A stretch of DNA of 64,000 bases from the human T2T-CHM13v2.0 reference genome, Homo sapiens (GCF_009914755.1 NC_060939.1), one strand, 5' to 3'; counted from the stretch's first letter, positions 1 to 13,850 are shown. Translations and numbers: made by a program. The notes: generated by a model from the letters alone, not told the origin.

Positions 1-569
1 AGGACAGCAACTGTACAACATCCTGCCTCTGCTACACAAGCTCTCTCTTGCATTCTCCTTGCTTTACATTCTGTCTTCAGCTCCTAAGAATCCCTTGGGT
101 TCTGATTGCCCATAAATTGACTCCTGCTTGACTCAAAGCTTCAGGGTTTATGGTGGCCTGTTTCTTATAAATCTACCTTGCTTCTTACACACAATTTACC
201 TTGACCTCCGCTATTTGTCTCTGCCTTGATTCAAAGCGTTGGACTTCCTCTTATCCATGACAAATACCTGGTTCTTTCAATCATGTTTTATTTTCCTTGG
301 GCTCACTTTCTTACTCTTTATTTACATTGACTGCCATTTACATCCATTGTGTAAAAATATTTAAAACCATCATGAAAAGTGCAGCCTTCATGTAGTGAAA
401 TGTTACTAAAGATGAAGACAGAGTCATATCAGGATTTCATACATGACCAAGTTCTTAGCACTATGTCAACTCTCTTATCATCATGAGGGGCTATGTGATA
501 ACTATGATGATGCATACTCCACAATAGTGGGCCTCATTATTATTTTTTTATACAATCAAGGCACAATCT

Positions 570-740
570 ATTAGAATGGGAAGAGACCCTGGAGATAATA
601 AGACACAACCCTACCACTTTACAGAGGGGTAAATTGTGGACCAGAAAAATTAAAAGCTTTGCCCCATATCATAGGGTTAATCAGTAAGGACGCTAAGGTC
701 AAAACCTGGGTCTCGAATTTTCTTGTTTAATACTCTTTCC
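570..740 (-). mobile_element. MIR SINE fragment
   Basis: TTTACAGAGGGGTAAATTGTGG...TTGCCCCATATCATAG resembles the reverse MIR core. Confidence 0.55.
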
Positions 741-839
741 ACTATGTCAAAAGGTGATTTGACATACATAAGTGAGTAGAACTGGATTTTTTTTTAAAAG
801 TCAAAGTTTCAACAAGTGAAGCTCAAGGGGAATTTGTTT

Positions 840-950
840 CGCTCATTCATTCTGTTCCTGTTTATTGAGTGTCCACTATATGCGGGCACTGTACCGGGCA
901 AAGGAGGTGAAGTTGTGAGGAAGCAGATGCCAGTCCTATGAACCTTAAAC
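840..950 (-). mobile_element. L2 3'-end fragment
   Basis: TCATTCATTC...TTTATTGAGTGTCCACTATATGCGGGCACTG is a typical reversed L2 tail. Confidence 0.6.
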
Positions 951-2328
951 ATTAAGCAAATATCCATGCAAATAAATTACCGCATATCTCATTGATCTTC
1001 AAATGCAACTGCTTTTTAAACATCTCAGCACATTCAAATTTGAGACACGTTGTACCATCAATATGTCTTATGATGAAGTTGGCCTGGAAGGGAGTCAAGT
1101 TCTTCCGGATTGTATATGAATTTGCTTCTTTCACCCAGGTCACTTTCAACATGGGATTCCTTCTAAACTATACTCTCCATTTGAGGTTTTCTGGACCACA
1201 CTTGTTGTTGGACTTTAGACTACAAACCTGCAAGATGATCACCTCCCGATTCTCTCCTGAAAAGGAGAGACTTTTCTTTCTCCTTCCATCTGGGGCTAAG
1301 GTTGAAACTGGCAAGTTTCCTTGCTGTCCCTTTCTACATGCTGGGTTCATTTCTTATGTGCCCTTACTTCAGTAGGCCAGCTTTGTGTGGAAAGTCTCAC
1401 GCTAAATTCTTCACCTTGAGCTTCTTCTCATGAACTTTCTCAGAGGTATGTACAATAATGGTGCATTTTACAATTAGTGGCATCTTAGGTTCTATAAAAT
1501 ATAATAATTATAAGTTGTGAAAAAACAGCGCAAAATGGTACGAGGAAATATAATAGGTGACCTAATTTAGGTCAAAGGCCTCTATGAATAAGTGACAGGT
1601 AAACTGAGTCCTAAAGACTGAGACAAGTGACCCAGGAGCTAAGCATCTCAGACAGGGACAACAGTCTGTGCAAAACCCACTTAGGTAAAAAAAAAAAAAA
1701 AAAAAAAAGAAGCCAGCGTTGCTTTTAAATCCCTTTAGTCTGATGATCTCCAAAGTGTTAATATCCAAAAGAAAAGAATGTCTTTTCAATGAATAGCTTT
1801 TCCTTGAAACTGAAATAGAAATATGACGGATTCCGATTTCTACACTACTTTCTTAAAAATTGTATTTTTAAAAGCAAATAGAGTTATGCCCTGTAATTAT
1901 AATTATCACCCACAATTTCCTCAATCTAAAGTTGATTATGTTCTCTGTCGCTGTGCCAAAAGCACAGTGACTTGACATGTGGAACAGTAACAAGATAAAT
2001 TGTCGCCATTACATATTCCTTTTGCATAGGGGAGGTATTAAAACCATTCCCTCTCACAGTTTTTCTAGAAAAGCTTCATCTTCCAGGGTCTGAGCATTCC
2101 AGACAGGGGGAATAGCCCATGGCACTAGAGAATAAAGTATGATTTTTAATAAGTTCATGAAAGGAGCCTTCCCAGTTGGTATATGGAGAACACCATTCCT
2201 CTCAGCCAATCCTCTTTAAATCAGTGCAAAAGCCAATGCCCATTGCAGCATTCCTCAAATGGTGCTTCCTGAGACTTCAAAAAAGTGATGGTAACAAAAG
2301 CACAATTCCTGATATTGTGAAATACATA

Positions 2329-2677
2329 TAGTCATGAACCACATAACAAAATTTCGGTCAAAGATGGACCACATATATGACAATGGTCCTATAAGATTAT
2401 ATTATCATATTTTTAATGTGCCTTTTCTATATTTAGACATGTTTGGATACACAAATACTCATCACTGTATTACAATTTCCCACAGTATTCAATACAGTAA
2501 CATGCTGTGCAGGTTTATAGCCTATGAACAATAGGCTATACCATACAGCCTAGGTGTGTGGGAGGCTGTACCATCTAGGTTTATGTCAGTACTGGCTCTC
2601 ATGTTCATACAACCATAAAATTGCCTAATAATGCATTTCTCAGACCATATCCCCCATCACTAAACAAGACATGACCG
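2329..2677 (+). mobile_element. Tigger3a/MER7A-type TcMar DNA transposon
   Basis: Ends TAGTCATG...CATGACCG with TA flanks; internal TTTCGGTCAAAGATGGACCACATATATGACAATGGTCC matches the recalled consensus. Confidence 0.8.
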
Positions 2678-2679
2678 TA

Positions 2680-3540
2680 TCTTGTTTCCTGACACACCGC
2701 GCCTAAACTTCTGGGACTCTCCAGAGTGATAAGAGTGTCTTTGTGTATGCTAATGAGATGGCTGGTGACCTTCCTAAACTGTTTCAGGAAGGGGGATGGT
2801 TACCAGAAAGACCAAGACATGATTACAGAGTTGGAACTTTCAAGTCTACCCCCCAATCCCCAGAAAGGGGAGAGAGGGAGAAATTGAAGGTTGAGTTGAT
2901 CAGCAATGGTCAAATGATGTCATCAATCATGACTATGCAATGAAGCCTCCATAAAAATCTGAGAAAGGACAAGGTTGGACAGAGCTTCCAGAAAGCTAAA
3001 CACGTGGAGATTCCTGCAGAGTAGAGCACCCAGCGAGGGCAGGGAAGCTCCATGCCCTTTTCCACAGATCTCACCCTATGCATCTCTTCCATCTGGCTGT
3101 TCAACTGTGTCCTTTGTAATGTCCTTCATAACAAACCTGTAAACATAAGTAAAGTGTTTCCTGAGTTCTGTGAGATGCTCTAACAAATTAATCAAACTCC
3201 AGGAGGGGGGTGTGGGAACCCCAATTTATAGCCAATCGGCAGAGGGGCAGGCCACAATCTAGGGTTTGTGATTGGCATCTGAAGTGGGAGGCAGTCTTGC
3301 AGGGCTGAACCCCCAACCTGAGGGATCTGATGCTGTCTCCAGGTAGATAGTGACAGAATTAAGTTGACTCAGAGGACAACCACCTGGTGTCCACTGGAGA
3401 GGTGGCTAGAGAATTGATTGCTTGGTGTGTGGGGAGAAAAAAAAACATGAATCTGGCCATAGAAGCATTGTGTTCTGTGTTGAATAGAGAAGAAAGGACA
3501 GGAAAACACACCTTGGTTTTTTTCCACCTATCTCCTAGTG
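2680..3540 (+). mobile_element. MER21-family LTR
   Basis: GAGTGATAAGAGTGTCTTTGTGTATGCTAATGAGATG, CCAGAAAGACCAAGACATGATTA and TTGGCATCTGAAGTGGG are MER21 hallmarks. Confidence 0.75.
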
Positions 3541-4470
3541 TCTTTTTCTCATGCATGGCTCTACAGCAAATAGCACCCAGGGATTTCTCTGCGATTACTA
3601 GACCATCTTAAAACTTTGAAAACTCCAGTTTGTTATAGATTTAATCAGTACACTTTTACTTGTATTTTCAGAGTTGTGCTGTAAGAGTTTCTTAATAAAA
3701 GTAACTGGTAAAGGCCTATCAATTTACTGCATTGTAGAAGTGCCCAGTTACAGTATAGCTTGTCCAGATGAAATTTCCTTTCTTTTCAAACCAGCTCACT
3801 GATCCTAAGTGACCAAAAGACATTAATTCCTAGAAGCATTTTCAGTCTTTGCTCTATTTTGTACCTGGATTGTGAGACACTCAGACCTAAATGTCAGTGT
3901 GTATTTGCTAGGCTGGAATGTGGCATTCATGGAATTTCTTTTGCAGGTCTCTCCCTAGGACTGGGGACATATTCGATCCAGGGAGTCAAGAGACTTACAG
4001 AGGGCTGCTTCTTTGTCACTTGTCTGCCATGATCAAACAGAAATAGAAAAGGTAGTCACCAGGAATGAAATTTGTGTGGACAGCTGCCATCTCTGCAGCC
4101 TAATCCTATGTTGGGTTGGGGACTTCTCACCAGATGGCCCTTTATCTTATTTCATCTGGACCCCAGGTCAATCATTATTCTCCAGAAAAATAAATTTCCC
4201 TACCCTACCCTACCATGATTGTTTCATTCAGAGAAGATCCTTTGGCTTTGATAAAGAGCCATGGATGGCAGATCATCCATCTATCCATTTATCCATTCAT
4301 CCATTCAAACAGTGACTGATGGGCACCTACTCGCTGTTCTGTGCTGTTCAATGTCTGAGACATATTCTGTGCATTGAAGCTGCTTGTTGCATTGTTTATC
4401 TTCATCTTCTTCCTATTTTTCTTCTCTACGCTTTACTCTTCCTCCTCTTTCTCAGTTTAAGGTTTGTACT

Positions 4471-4851
4471 TGCTACGGTTTGAATATGTCCCCTTTAAAA
4501 TTCAGGAGTTGCCAATATGATAGTATTAGGAGGTGGGGCCTTTAAGAGATGTTTAGGCCATGAGGGCTCCTCCCTTGTGAGTGGGATTGAGATTCTTATA
4601 AAAGAGGCTTCACACAGTGTTTGGCTCATTTGCTCTTTTACCCCTGAGGGTATAGTGTTCCTCCCTTTCAGAGGATACACCATCAAAGCACCATCTCAGA
4701 AGCAGACACAGCCCTCGCCAGGCAACCAAAGCTGCTGGCGCCTTCATCTTGGACTTCCCAGCCTCCAGAACTGGGAGAAAATAAATGCTTGTCTTCTATA
4801 AATTATCCAGTCTGCAGTATTTTGTTAGAGCAGCACAAACAGACTAAGACA
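4471..4851 (+). mobile_element. MaLR solo LTR (MSTC-like)
   Basis: TGCTACGGTTTGAATATGTCCCC ... CAGCACAAACAGACTAAGACA termini. Confidence 0.8.
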
Positions 4852-4858
4852 GAAATAC

Positions 4859-5532
4859 TGTGAAGGTTGATTTGGGTGTCAACTTGACTGGATTAAAGGA
4901 ACCCAAATAGCTGGGAAGGCATTATTTATTCTCAGTGCTTCAGTAGGCACTGAGCCCATCCCCCTTCTGCTGAAAGGGAAACCCAACTCATTTGGCATTT
5001 AATTAGAATAATTCGGCTGCCTTAAGTGTGTCTGTGAGAGTGCTCCTGGGGGAGATTGGCATGTAAGTAGGTGAACTAGAATGGGGAAGATCCACTCTCA
5101 ATGTAGCAGACACCATCCAGTGGGCTGGGGGCCTGGAGGGAACGAAAAGGTGAAGTAAGGTCAAATTCTCTTCCTCTCACTTCCAAAGCCAGGAGACCCT
5201 TCTTCTCCTGCCTTCAGACATCAGAACTCCAGTTTCTCTGGCCTTTGGACTCACATCAGCAGATCCTGGGCCTTTGGCCTTGGACTGAGAATTACACTGT
5301 CACCTTCCTTTGTTCTGAAACCTTGGGTTTGGGACTGAGCCAAGCTACTGATTTTCCTGGTTCTCCAACTTGCAGTTGGTCTATCTTGGGACTTCTCAGC
5401 CTCCATAATTAAATGAGTCAAATACGCTAATAAATCCTTCATCTCTCTCTATATATATATCTAATAAATCCTTCATCTCTCTCTATATATGTCTTACTGG
5501 TTCTATTTCTCTGGGGAACCTTGACTAAAACA
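4859..5532 (+). mobile_element. MLT2B-type ERVL LTR
   Basis: TGTGAAGGTTGATTTGGGTGTCAACTTGACTGGATTAA ... GGTTCTATTTCTCTGGGGAACCTTGACTAAAACA; AATACTGT occurs at both junctions. Confidence 0.8.
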
Positions 5533-6211
5533 ATACTGTTGGCCAATTATTTGATCAAATCACTATAATTGGTTTGAAAAAAGAAAGGAGGCCTCAAAAT
5601 GAGTAACCCTAACTTCAACTGTTAACTTCAGTCTTTGCGGAACGAAGTGATGTCTTACCTCCATGATCAAAACAAGGCAAGCGCTCGGCTATTGTGGTTC
5701 TGAAGCATTTTCAGAGAAAAGATAGTGAACCAGCTGACACTAATAAAGTTCCCCCAAATTTGATTAAACTTAAATCTGCCCTTTTTGCCTGGGAAAACCC
5801 ATAAGCTTATGTGAGTAAATAAGCCTCTTATTTAAAAACTAAACTTTGAAATTTGGAAAGAAAAGCTGCAGAGTTGGTGCCCCAGTACACAAGGGCTGTT
5901 CCAACCTGGAGTGCTCATTGGAATTTCAAAGGGAAATGAAAACAGGTGAGAAATACTTGTATTCATAGGTTGTGGGAACCCAGGCATGGGATAATGTAGA
6001 ACCTAATAGCTAATACGCTTACTAGATGACTGATTGGCTTTAATGTGAAAAAGTTTGAGGCACAGGACGCTTGGAGGGAAAATCATCGATCTCACCATCT
6101 ATGATCCCGAATCCAAGACGAAAACGATTATTTCCTTTCTCCTCTGCCCTTCCTCTAGCTGCTGGGAAATGGCCACACAGAAGCTAGGAAAGGGGAGTAG
6201 GTGGTGCAGAG

Positions 6212-6412
6212 CAGCGGTTCTCAAACTTTACTGTTTTGCTGCACACTAGAATCACCTGGGAGTTTTCAAGAATCCTGATGCCCCCTCCACGTTGAGAAGT
6301 GCAGTGAGAGCAACCCATTAAATCAGGATCCAGGAGCCGGTGGGGGAGAACTCGCAATTGGCATTTTTTTGAAGGCCTCCAAGTGCCTCCCATGCAGAGC
6401 AAGTTTGAGGCC
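6212..6412 (+). mobile_element. MER5-type hAT-Charlie element
   Basis: CAGCGGTTCTCAAACTT...AGAATCACCTGGGAG...AAGTTTGAGG. Confidence 0.65.
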
Positions 6413-8767
6413 AGAGGTATAAGTGGTGCTTCCCAATGAGGCAGGATCTGAGACAAGACACAAGCTCCCAGCTGGTGTGGTCCCTGGCTGCACTTTAAGT
6501 AACAAGGTGTAGAGTTTCTATCCCCGATCCCACCCTCACAATGATGTCCTGGCAAAGTGAAAGAAGCTGAAAGAAAAGAGCTGAAAGAATTGAGCCTGGG
6601 CAGAAATGCAAGCAGGATGTGGGCAATGGGGCTATCAAATCAACACAGCCTGGAAAAAAGGGATAAGAAAGCCTGCGTGTTCTCAGGAGGATAGAGCTAT
6701 TTGTCATTTGAAGCAAGACATCCCACTGTCCCATGAAAGCTTTTCTCCTCCCCTACCCCAATAACATGCACACAGGAAGAATTCGTTTGTCCTATGTCTC
6801 CAACCGGAGTGCCCAAATTCCTCTGGCTCCCCGTAATTACGATGCTGGATGAGAAAGAATTGGACTTAGGCCATCACCTAAGCATTGGCATATGTTCAAA
6901 GTTCTCCCATCTTGAAACCAGAAAGCAAGCCAACCCACCTCCGTGGACTTTTGCTTTCCTTCCAGCCCAAGCTCCCTTCTTTCTTGCCCACAGGCAGCTT
7001 TTAAAAGGACCTATTACGGGCACCCACACTCTTAGTTTTCATCCCACCAGTATGTAATAGGGACATTTTGTTTATCATAGACTTCTTTACATTAATCTTG
7101 ACTTTTAAAAAACAGTGCCTTAAAATATTAATCTTGCTCCTTTTGCGGTTTATAAGCATGATGATTGGGTTTTCATGTGTGAGATGTGTCTCCCTCAAAT
7201 CTTTTTATGAAGTAGATGCATTGTCTGTCTGACATGAAAAAAGGAAATAATTATTTATCTTGATTACTTCATTTTTGGCACCCCCTCCCCTTTTATTTAG
7301 CCCCAAGACTCTTGCCTCACCCTAGTCTTAACCATTTCCATCTGCTCCTCAACCCACTACAGTCTGTTCTGCTCTCAATGCAATAGAAACTAATCTTGAA
7401 AGACTCAATAAAAATTCTTCTGTGTCATTTGTTTTAAAGGACAACTTTTTAGTCCCTGTTTTCCATGCCATCCCTTTAAGCACTCAAACACATCAAACTA
7501 CAAGACATACACAAATACAATGATTATGAAAAATGTTACTAATACCTATGTCTATTCCTAAAATGTCAACATCTTGTTTTCTTCCCCATTTCTTAATTTT
7601 TTATACTACGCCTATACTATCTAAGATTATAGCAGTACTTAATTAAAAATCTCAAGTTTACAGTATTCCAGACCAAAAAGAAAAGGAATATAAACTTAAG
7701 ACAGCCAAGGTCGTAGGATCTGGTTGAAGCATTGATTCTTGGTTAGGGCAGGAGGTCAGATTATTTCTCTGAAGACTATCTAAATCCAAACAATGGACAC
7801 CAGGCTGAAACTTTCTTCTTAAGTTAATCTTGACTTTTCATATCAATTAAAAATAAAGTCTACATTTTCCCCATGGATTTTAGTTTTTAGTAGCCTGGAA
7901 TTTCCCGATCAAACATTGATGTCTGTCTTGGCTACCATGACATAACCCATTGTCCTGTCATTATGATAACTGGGTCTGGTCTATTGATGTTATTTAAAAT
8001 GTATGGCTGCCTCAGTAGTGCCTCATCCTGAGTGAGACCATCCAGAGGTTTCATCTCTCAGGACAGGTAGAACCGGGGTAGTACAATGCATTCTCCTTTT
8101 TAAGATATTTGTTGACTTCATCATCTTGGAACACAGTTTTGATCCTTTTTCTAGTTATTGTGTGTGGCCACTGGTGCTTGGAAGACCCTCCTGTTCTTGA
8201 TAGAGTTTCTGTATATTTTCCCTGGGCAATTTGGCTAACTGTTTCCTGTACTGCCTCTTCTCTAGTTATGCAGCTTGACATGAGTTTTATGTCTATATTT
8301 TAAAATCAAACAGAGTTAATAGAAGAAATAAAAAACTAATTTATATTAACTTCCTCATTAAAATTAATAAAAAATTAAACATATCCCATGATAGCCAAAT
8401 TTCTATGTTCATTCTAATTACCTTTAATATATATTAACTTTTCTCTGAATATCATTATAAAATTTTGGCCTTTTACAAACTCATCATATTTCAGTTAACT
8501 GCAATTATTATACCTTTTTTGATGCTCAAATTATAACTTGGCCAGCAGGAGACCTTGAAGCTGGCTCCTTTGTCCTTTCAGCACTGTCTCTGGCATTTTT
8601 GAAACTATCTTTCCTTTCTGGAAACAATAGGGTACTCTGGGTTCATGCTACTGCATGTATATGTGTGATCCAGGAGTGCTAGTTCCTTCTAGTGAGGGTG
8701 AGAAATAGAGACCCAAATCTGGGCATTTAGGAGTTCATTTGAGTATAGGCAGTGACCAAAATGCTAC

Positions 8768-9522
8768 TGAAATGGGAGAGTTCCCTGACCCCCATTGCAG
8801 GATGTGTGACAGGGGTGTGGCTTGTGTGTTCAGCCACTATCATGGCTCAAACCCCTTACGGGAGGGGGAGCATGCATCTGGGCAGGTGCAGGAGCCAGGG
8901 CGAGCGCTTTTGGGCTTTGGCCCCACAGTAACATCTAGGGGTGGGTGCCTGTGACTCCCAAAGCCCCACTGGGTGTGTTACAATGCTCTTTTAGCTCTGC
9001 CATCCACTGATGGCTTGAGTGTTAACCAGCTCACTGCCCTCTTGGTACCCAGATCCTCTTCCAGCATCCAGGAAGAATCAGGTCACATGGACAAATTTAA
9101 GGATGGTAATTGCGGGAAATTGTATTGCCGGATAGGGGTGGGTCTCAGTGGGATAGATAGGGAGCTGGAGAGGGGATGGAGTAGAACGAATATCTCTCCC
9201 TGGAGTTCAGCCATCCGGCAGCCGATCCCCTCTCCAACTGTCCCCAGCTGCACTCCTCTCGACATTCAGACGCTCCTTCTCTTCTCTCCTCTGCTGTGCA
9301 GCTCTTCTGCTCCTCTGCTCTTCTGCTTGTGGATCCTGGAGTTTGGGATAATGGGTACAGGATAAGGGAGCATGGCAGGCCAAAAGGCACCATTTGGGCA
9401 CAAAAACAGGAATGCCTGTTCTCATTTAGGGCCGTGGGTTTCCAGGCTTGAGGGTGGGGCCTTTGCCTGGGAACTGCCCTCTTCTACCCAGTATTGAATT
9501 TCCTTGCCTCCTGTCCAAATCA
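8768..9522 (-). mobile_element. ERV1 solo LTR, LTR27/LTR28/MER52 group
   Basis: TG...CA termini. The minus strand begins TGATTTGGACAGGAGGCAAGGAAAT..ACTGGGTAGAAGAGGGCAG..GCAAAGGCCCCACCCTCAAGCCTGG. Flanks look like an old L1MC fragment. Confidence 0.78.
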
Positions 9523-10999
9523 TAGGCAGTAACCAAAATGCTACTGCTGTTGGAACACATAGCTAGGAAAAAATATTGCTTTTTAATGCTGTGAGTTCAC
9601 ATTGGGTTTTTTCCCTAATATTATTAACATAATTTAATTGCTGTACCTGACTCTTCTCAGAGGATGAGGTTTTATCGACCTCTAAGACTTTCTAATATAT
9701 TAGTACAACAAATGACCTCAGCTTGAACCTTATCTACTTCATAGTTCAAGCCCTGATATTAATCTGCCTTTGTGTTGGCTTCACATCACACTGACGTTCG
9801 AAGACTCAATACTTGGTTTTTGTTCCAACATCTCATTGTGGCCCTTATCACACCGATTCCCAAGTTCAACCCCCATCCCAGATGACTTCTTGGCCCCTGG
9901 GAAATGCATGTAAGACATTTTGCCTCTGAGGAATAATTGTTCAGGATGGTGGCATGTTAATCTTCTATTACAAGGAGGGCCTGGCTTTACTTCTTGTGAA
10001 AAGAGAAGACTTTTTTCTGTTTCATGATCCAGTTTTGAAGAACCTGGTATTTCCTTTTGTTCATATTTCTTCTACCATCAGTTCCATATCTGTCTCTATA
10101 ATTTTCTTTCGACACATTTAAATATAGGAATACAAAGCAAGAGTGATGCAGCCTCTGTACATTCTCTTTAATATGAACATTGAAAGGACAGAAGCACTGT
10201 TTTTTTCTTTGTCTCAACTTGGTATATTTCCTTCTAGAAATCTTAGTTTTCTTACGTGTTTAAAGTATATCTTCCTTAACTGATAACTCCAGATTTGCTG
10301 ATAATTTGTTCAAGGATCTGGAACTCCACAAGGGTTGCACTGGCCATAAGTTTAGCTTCTATCCACAGGACGGGGGATAATGGGGGTGGCCACCACCTTG
10401 GGGGTTGTGTCATAGATACCCTTGCTACCATTATACTTAGGAGGAAGGCTCTGGACAAGGAAATGGGAGAACATTTACTTACAGAGAAAAGACCTAGAAA
10501 GTAGTGAGCACGAGCGGCACATATCTGATCTCTTATTCAATGTAAGTTTAGCAGGGTGGATTTTGGTTTTTACAGCAGCCCTGGTTTCATTTTATGCCTT
10601 TAAGCTGTGGCAGAGTACATGAGATATTTGTTGAAGGCTGCCCATTAGCCTAGGCAAAAATGCATTATAAAATGTGTATACATTTTTTTAATACTAAGGA
10701 AAATTTTTATAAATTGTAATTCTCATATAAATATATATATATTTTAATGATAACTCAATTCATGTGAATGTAAAACTTGCCATTTATGAGCCAGGCTGTA
10801 TACTAGGCACCTGACACTGAACCCTCCTTCGTCCTCACAATAGCATGCTGAGACAGGTTCATTATTACCATTTTAAAGATAAGCAAACAGAGGCTTAGTA
10901 AGGTTATGTAAATTATTCATGTTCTTAAACTAGTAGGTGGTGAGTAGGCGATTCAAATCCCGGTACTTTGATTCTAACTCCAGAACCCATTGTCCTAAA

Positions 11000-13850
11000 T
11001 ATGTGTCTGTATGCATAACAAAAACTGGATCCTACCCTACATATAATTCAAAATCCTCCTTTTGTCACTTATTTTACTAAGAGCATTTCTTTCATAAAGT
11101 TTTAGAAAAGATTTTTTTAATGACTGCATACTGTCTTTTCTTGAAAAGGTAATTTTGCCAGTCTCCCACTAATGAACATGTTTTTCAAATTTTTCAGTAT
11201 TATAAATAATTTTTCAATAAGTATTAAACAATAAGCAAAGCATTATACTTATTTTTGTTCATGTGTCTGATTATTTTCTTAAATTCATTGAAGGGAAATT
11301 ACTGAGCCAAAGGAAATGATAATTTGTGTACCTACATTACCTGAAAGGGGTCCCGATCCAGACCCCAAGACAGGGTTCTTGGATCTCACGCAAGAAAGAA
11401 TTCGAGGTGAGTCCGTAAAGTGAAAGCAAGTTTATTATTAAGAAGGTAAAGGAATGAAAGAATGGCTACTCCATAGACAGAGCAGTCCCTGGCTCTGGTT
11501 GCCCATTTTTATGGTTATTTCTTGGTGATATGCTAAACAAGGGGTGGATTATTCATGCCTCCCCTTTTTAGACCTTATAGGGTAACTTCCTGACTTTGCC
11601 ATGGCATTTGTAAACGGTCAGGCACTGGTGGGAGTGTGGCAGTGAGGACCACCAGAGGTCACTTTTGTTACCATCTTGGTTTTAATGGGTTTTGGCCGGC
11701 TTCTTTAGCGCAAACTGTTTTATCAGGAAGGTCTTTATGACTTGTATCTTGTGCTGACCTCCTATCTCATCCTGTGACTAAGAATCGCTTAACTTACCGG
11801 GAATGCAGCCCAACAGGTCTTAGCCTTATTTTACCAAGCTCCTATTCAAGATGGAGTTGCTCTGGTTCAAACGCCTCTGACACCTGTATAGATAGTACCA
11901 AATAAATTTTCACAGAGGTTGTGCGGACTTATACTTCTGCCAGCAATTTATTTTAGGGAGTCTTTTCAAACTTCCACCAGCAAAGAAAATTTTCTTTAAA
12001 AAATGTTTTGCTATTTTAATGAGTGAATAAAATGTATCTTGTAACTTTTTAAATTAGTATTTGATTAGTTGTGAGTGTGAATATTTTTTCCAGATAATCA
12101 TATTTTGTATTTAAGTTTACTGTGAGGATACTCTGCCCATGTCTTTTGGAGTATTTTGTTAACTGATTTGTAAGAGTACTTCATGTACTATTTCAGTATT
12201 ATCTTTCTGCTCTGTTACTACAACTACTTTTTCTAATTTGTAATTTGATTGTTGTGAACGTGTTCCTCGATGTAAAGGACTTTCAATTGTGTTAACAGTA
12301 AGAAGATCTATCTAACTTTTCCTTTGTAATTACTTACATTTGCTTTTATGCTTAGAATATCGTTCCCTCTCCAGAAGTTTTTGTCTATGTGTGGGTTCTT
12401 TAATCCATCTGTTTTTATTGTTGTTTTTGTCTTGGGCTGCTGGATAGTGAAGCTATAACTTGAGTTAATCAATTTTCCTAACCATTTGAGAAACAATCTC
12501 TGCCTTTCCCATTTTTGTTGTCCTTACTTTAAACTGGAATACATACGAGAGTCTACTTCAGGGTCCACTGCTCTATTCTATCAATCTGCCTACCAGCTCC
12601 TGAGCTAGTACCATACTGCTTCGGTTGCAGTTGCTTGTAATGTATTTTAATACCTAGTAGGATGTGCCTACACACTTGAAATTGCTCTGATTCTCCTTTT
12701 TCAATAATTTTTAGTTTTTTGCTTGTTATTAATATACATTTTAGAATCACAATGTCATATAAGAAAAATAACACTATCTTTTGATTGGCACTACATTTTT
12801 TCATCATGTCATCACAATATTTAACATGTCATTGCAAAATCATAATAGTATTTATTTTCTTTTGGTTGTGCTATTGTCAATTTTAGATCAATGTTACGCT
12901 GACTTCATAAAATGAATCTTTATACAGTCAGCTTTTGTTTTTATATCCAGAAAAATCATATAACATGGTATTATCTGTCTTTCTGAAATTCTGAAAGTTA
13001 TCACTGGTAAAATTTTCAGAAAATGAGACATCTTTGGAAGTAATAAAATACATACACATACATATATATCTCCAGGATTTCTTCTAAAAGTTCATGACCC
13101 TTTTTCTTAAAGTTAGGTAGTCTATGCCATGAAAATATGTTTAATTCAACTTTTCAAAGTTATGAACACTGTGCTTTAACAAATAATTTTGTATTTGTTA
13201 AAATTCTCCTGTTTATTTTTATATTTCCCTTCTACTTTTACATTTTATTTTTTCTCTTCACCTTCATATATTCTCCAGTTATGTTAAAATGTTTTTGAAT
13301 TCATATGTCAACTTTACTAATTCTATTTTTAATAATTTGTTCATTTTCTATGCTTATCTTTAGAAAATATTTTCTATTTTCATCGGTTTTGTTATAGACA
13401 CCTTTTAATTATATATAATACATATCATTTAAAACGTATATATTTTGTTTTTTCCTATTGTCAAAGAGCAATAGTTCCATAAAAGGCTCACATAAAACAA
13501 TTGCTTTCTGTCCATTTCTTCTTATATACCTTTGTTTTATATATTTATATATTTAATGCATAAAATATCACTGATGATTTTATATTTTTATGCGTACTTT
13601 GCTCTATTGAATATTTTCGGCTATGTACCCAGTCTTGAATAAAGTTAACATTAATACCTTTATTTTTTTCTTTGTGTTTTTCCAGTAGATCTTTTTTCTT
13701 TTATTTTTTATTTATATGTGTCTCCTCGTTTTGGATAGGTTTCTTGTGAGCAGGTCATAGTTGGATTTTCTTAGCGCAATACTGAAGTCTTAGTATTTTA
13801 AATATAGGAAGATAAATCACTTACATTTATTGTTATAACTGGCCATCCTC
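11000..13850 (-). mobile_element. Ancient degraded L1 (L1ME/HAL1-like) fragments interrupted by MER41A
   Basis: T-rich sequence with reversed L1 motifs (AGTACCATACTGCTT, TGTTCTATCAATCT-like, ACTTCATAAAATGAAT). Confidence 0.55.
11335..11882 (-). mobile_element. MER41A solo LTR (ERV1)
   Basis: Minus strand TGTCAGAGGCGTTTGAACCAGAGCAACTCCATCTTGAATAGG...GGATCGGGACCCCTTTC, ~550 bp. AAAAAGGGGAGGCATGAATAATCC junction is the A-type form. TSD CCTA/CCTG. Confidence 0.88.

Noticed and set aside
950-1380. Possible processed pseudogene (also considered at 10270-10520 and 19260-19600)
   Set aside because: No recognisable protein similarity, poly-A tail or TSD; a BLASTX search would be needed.
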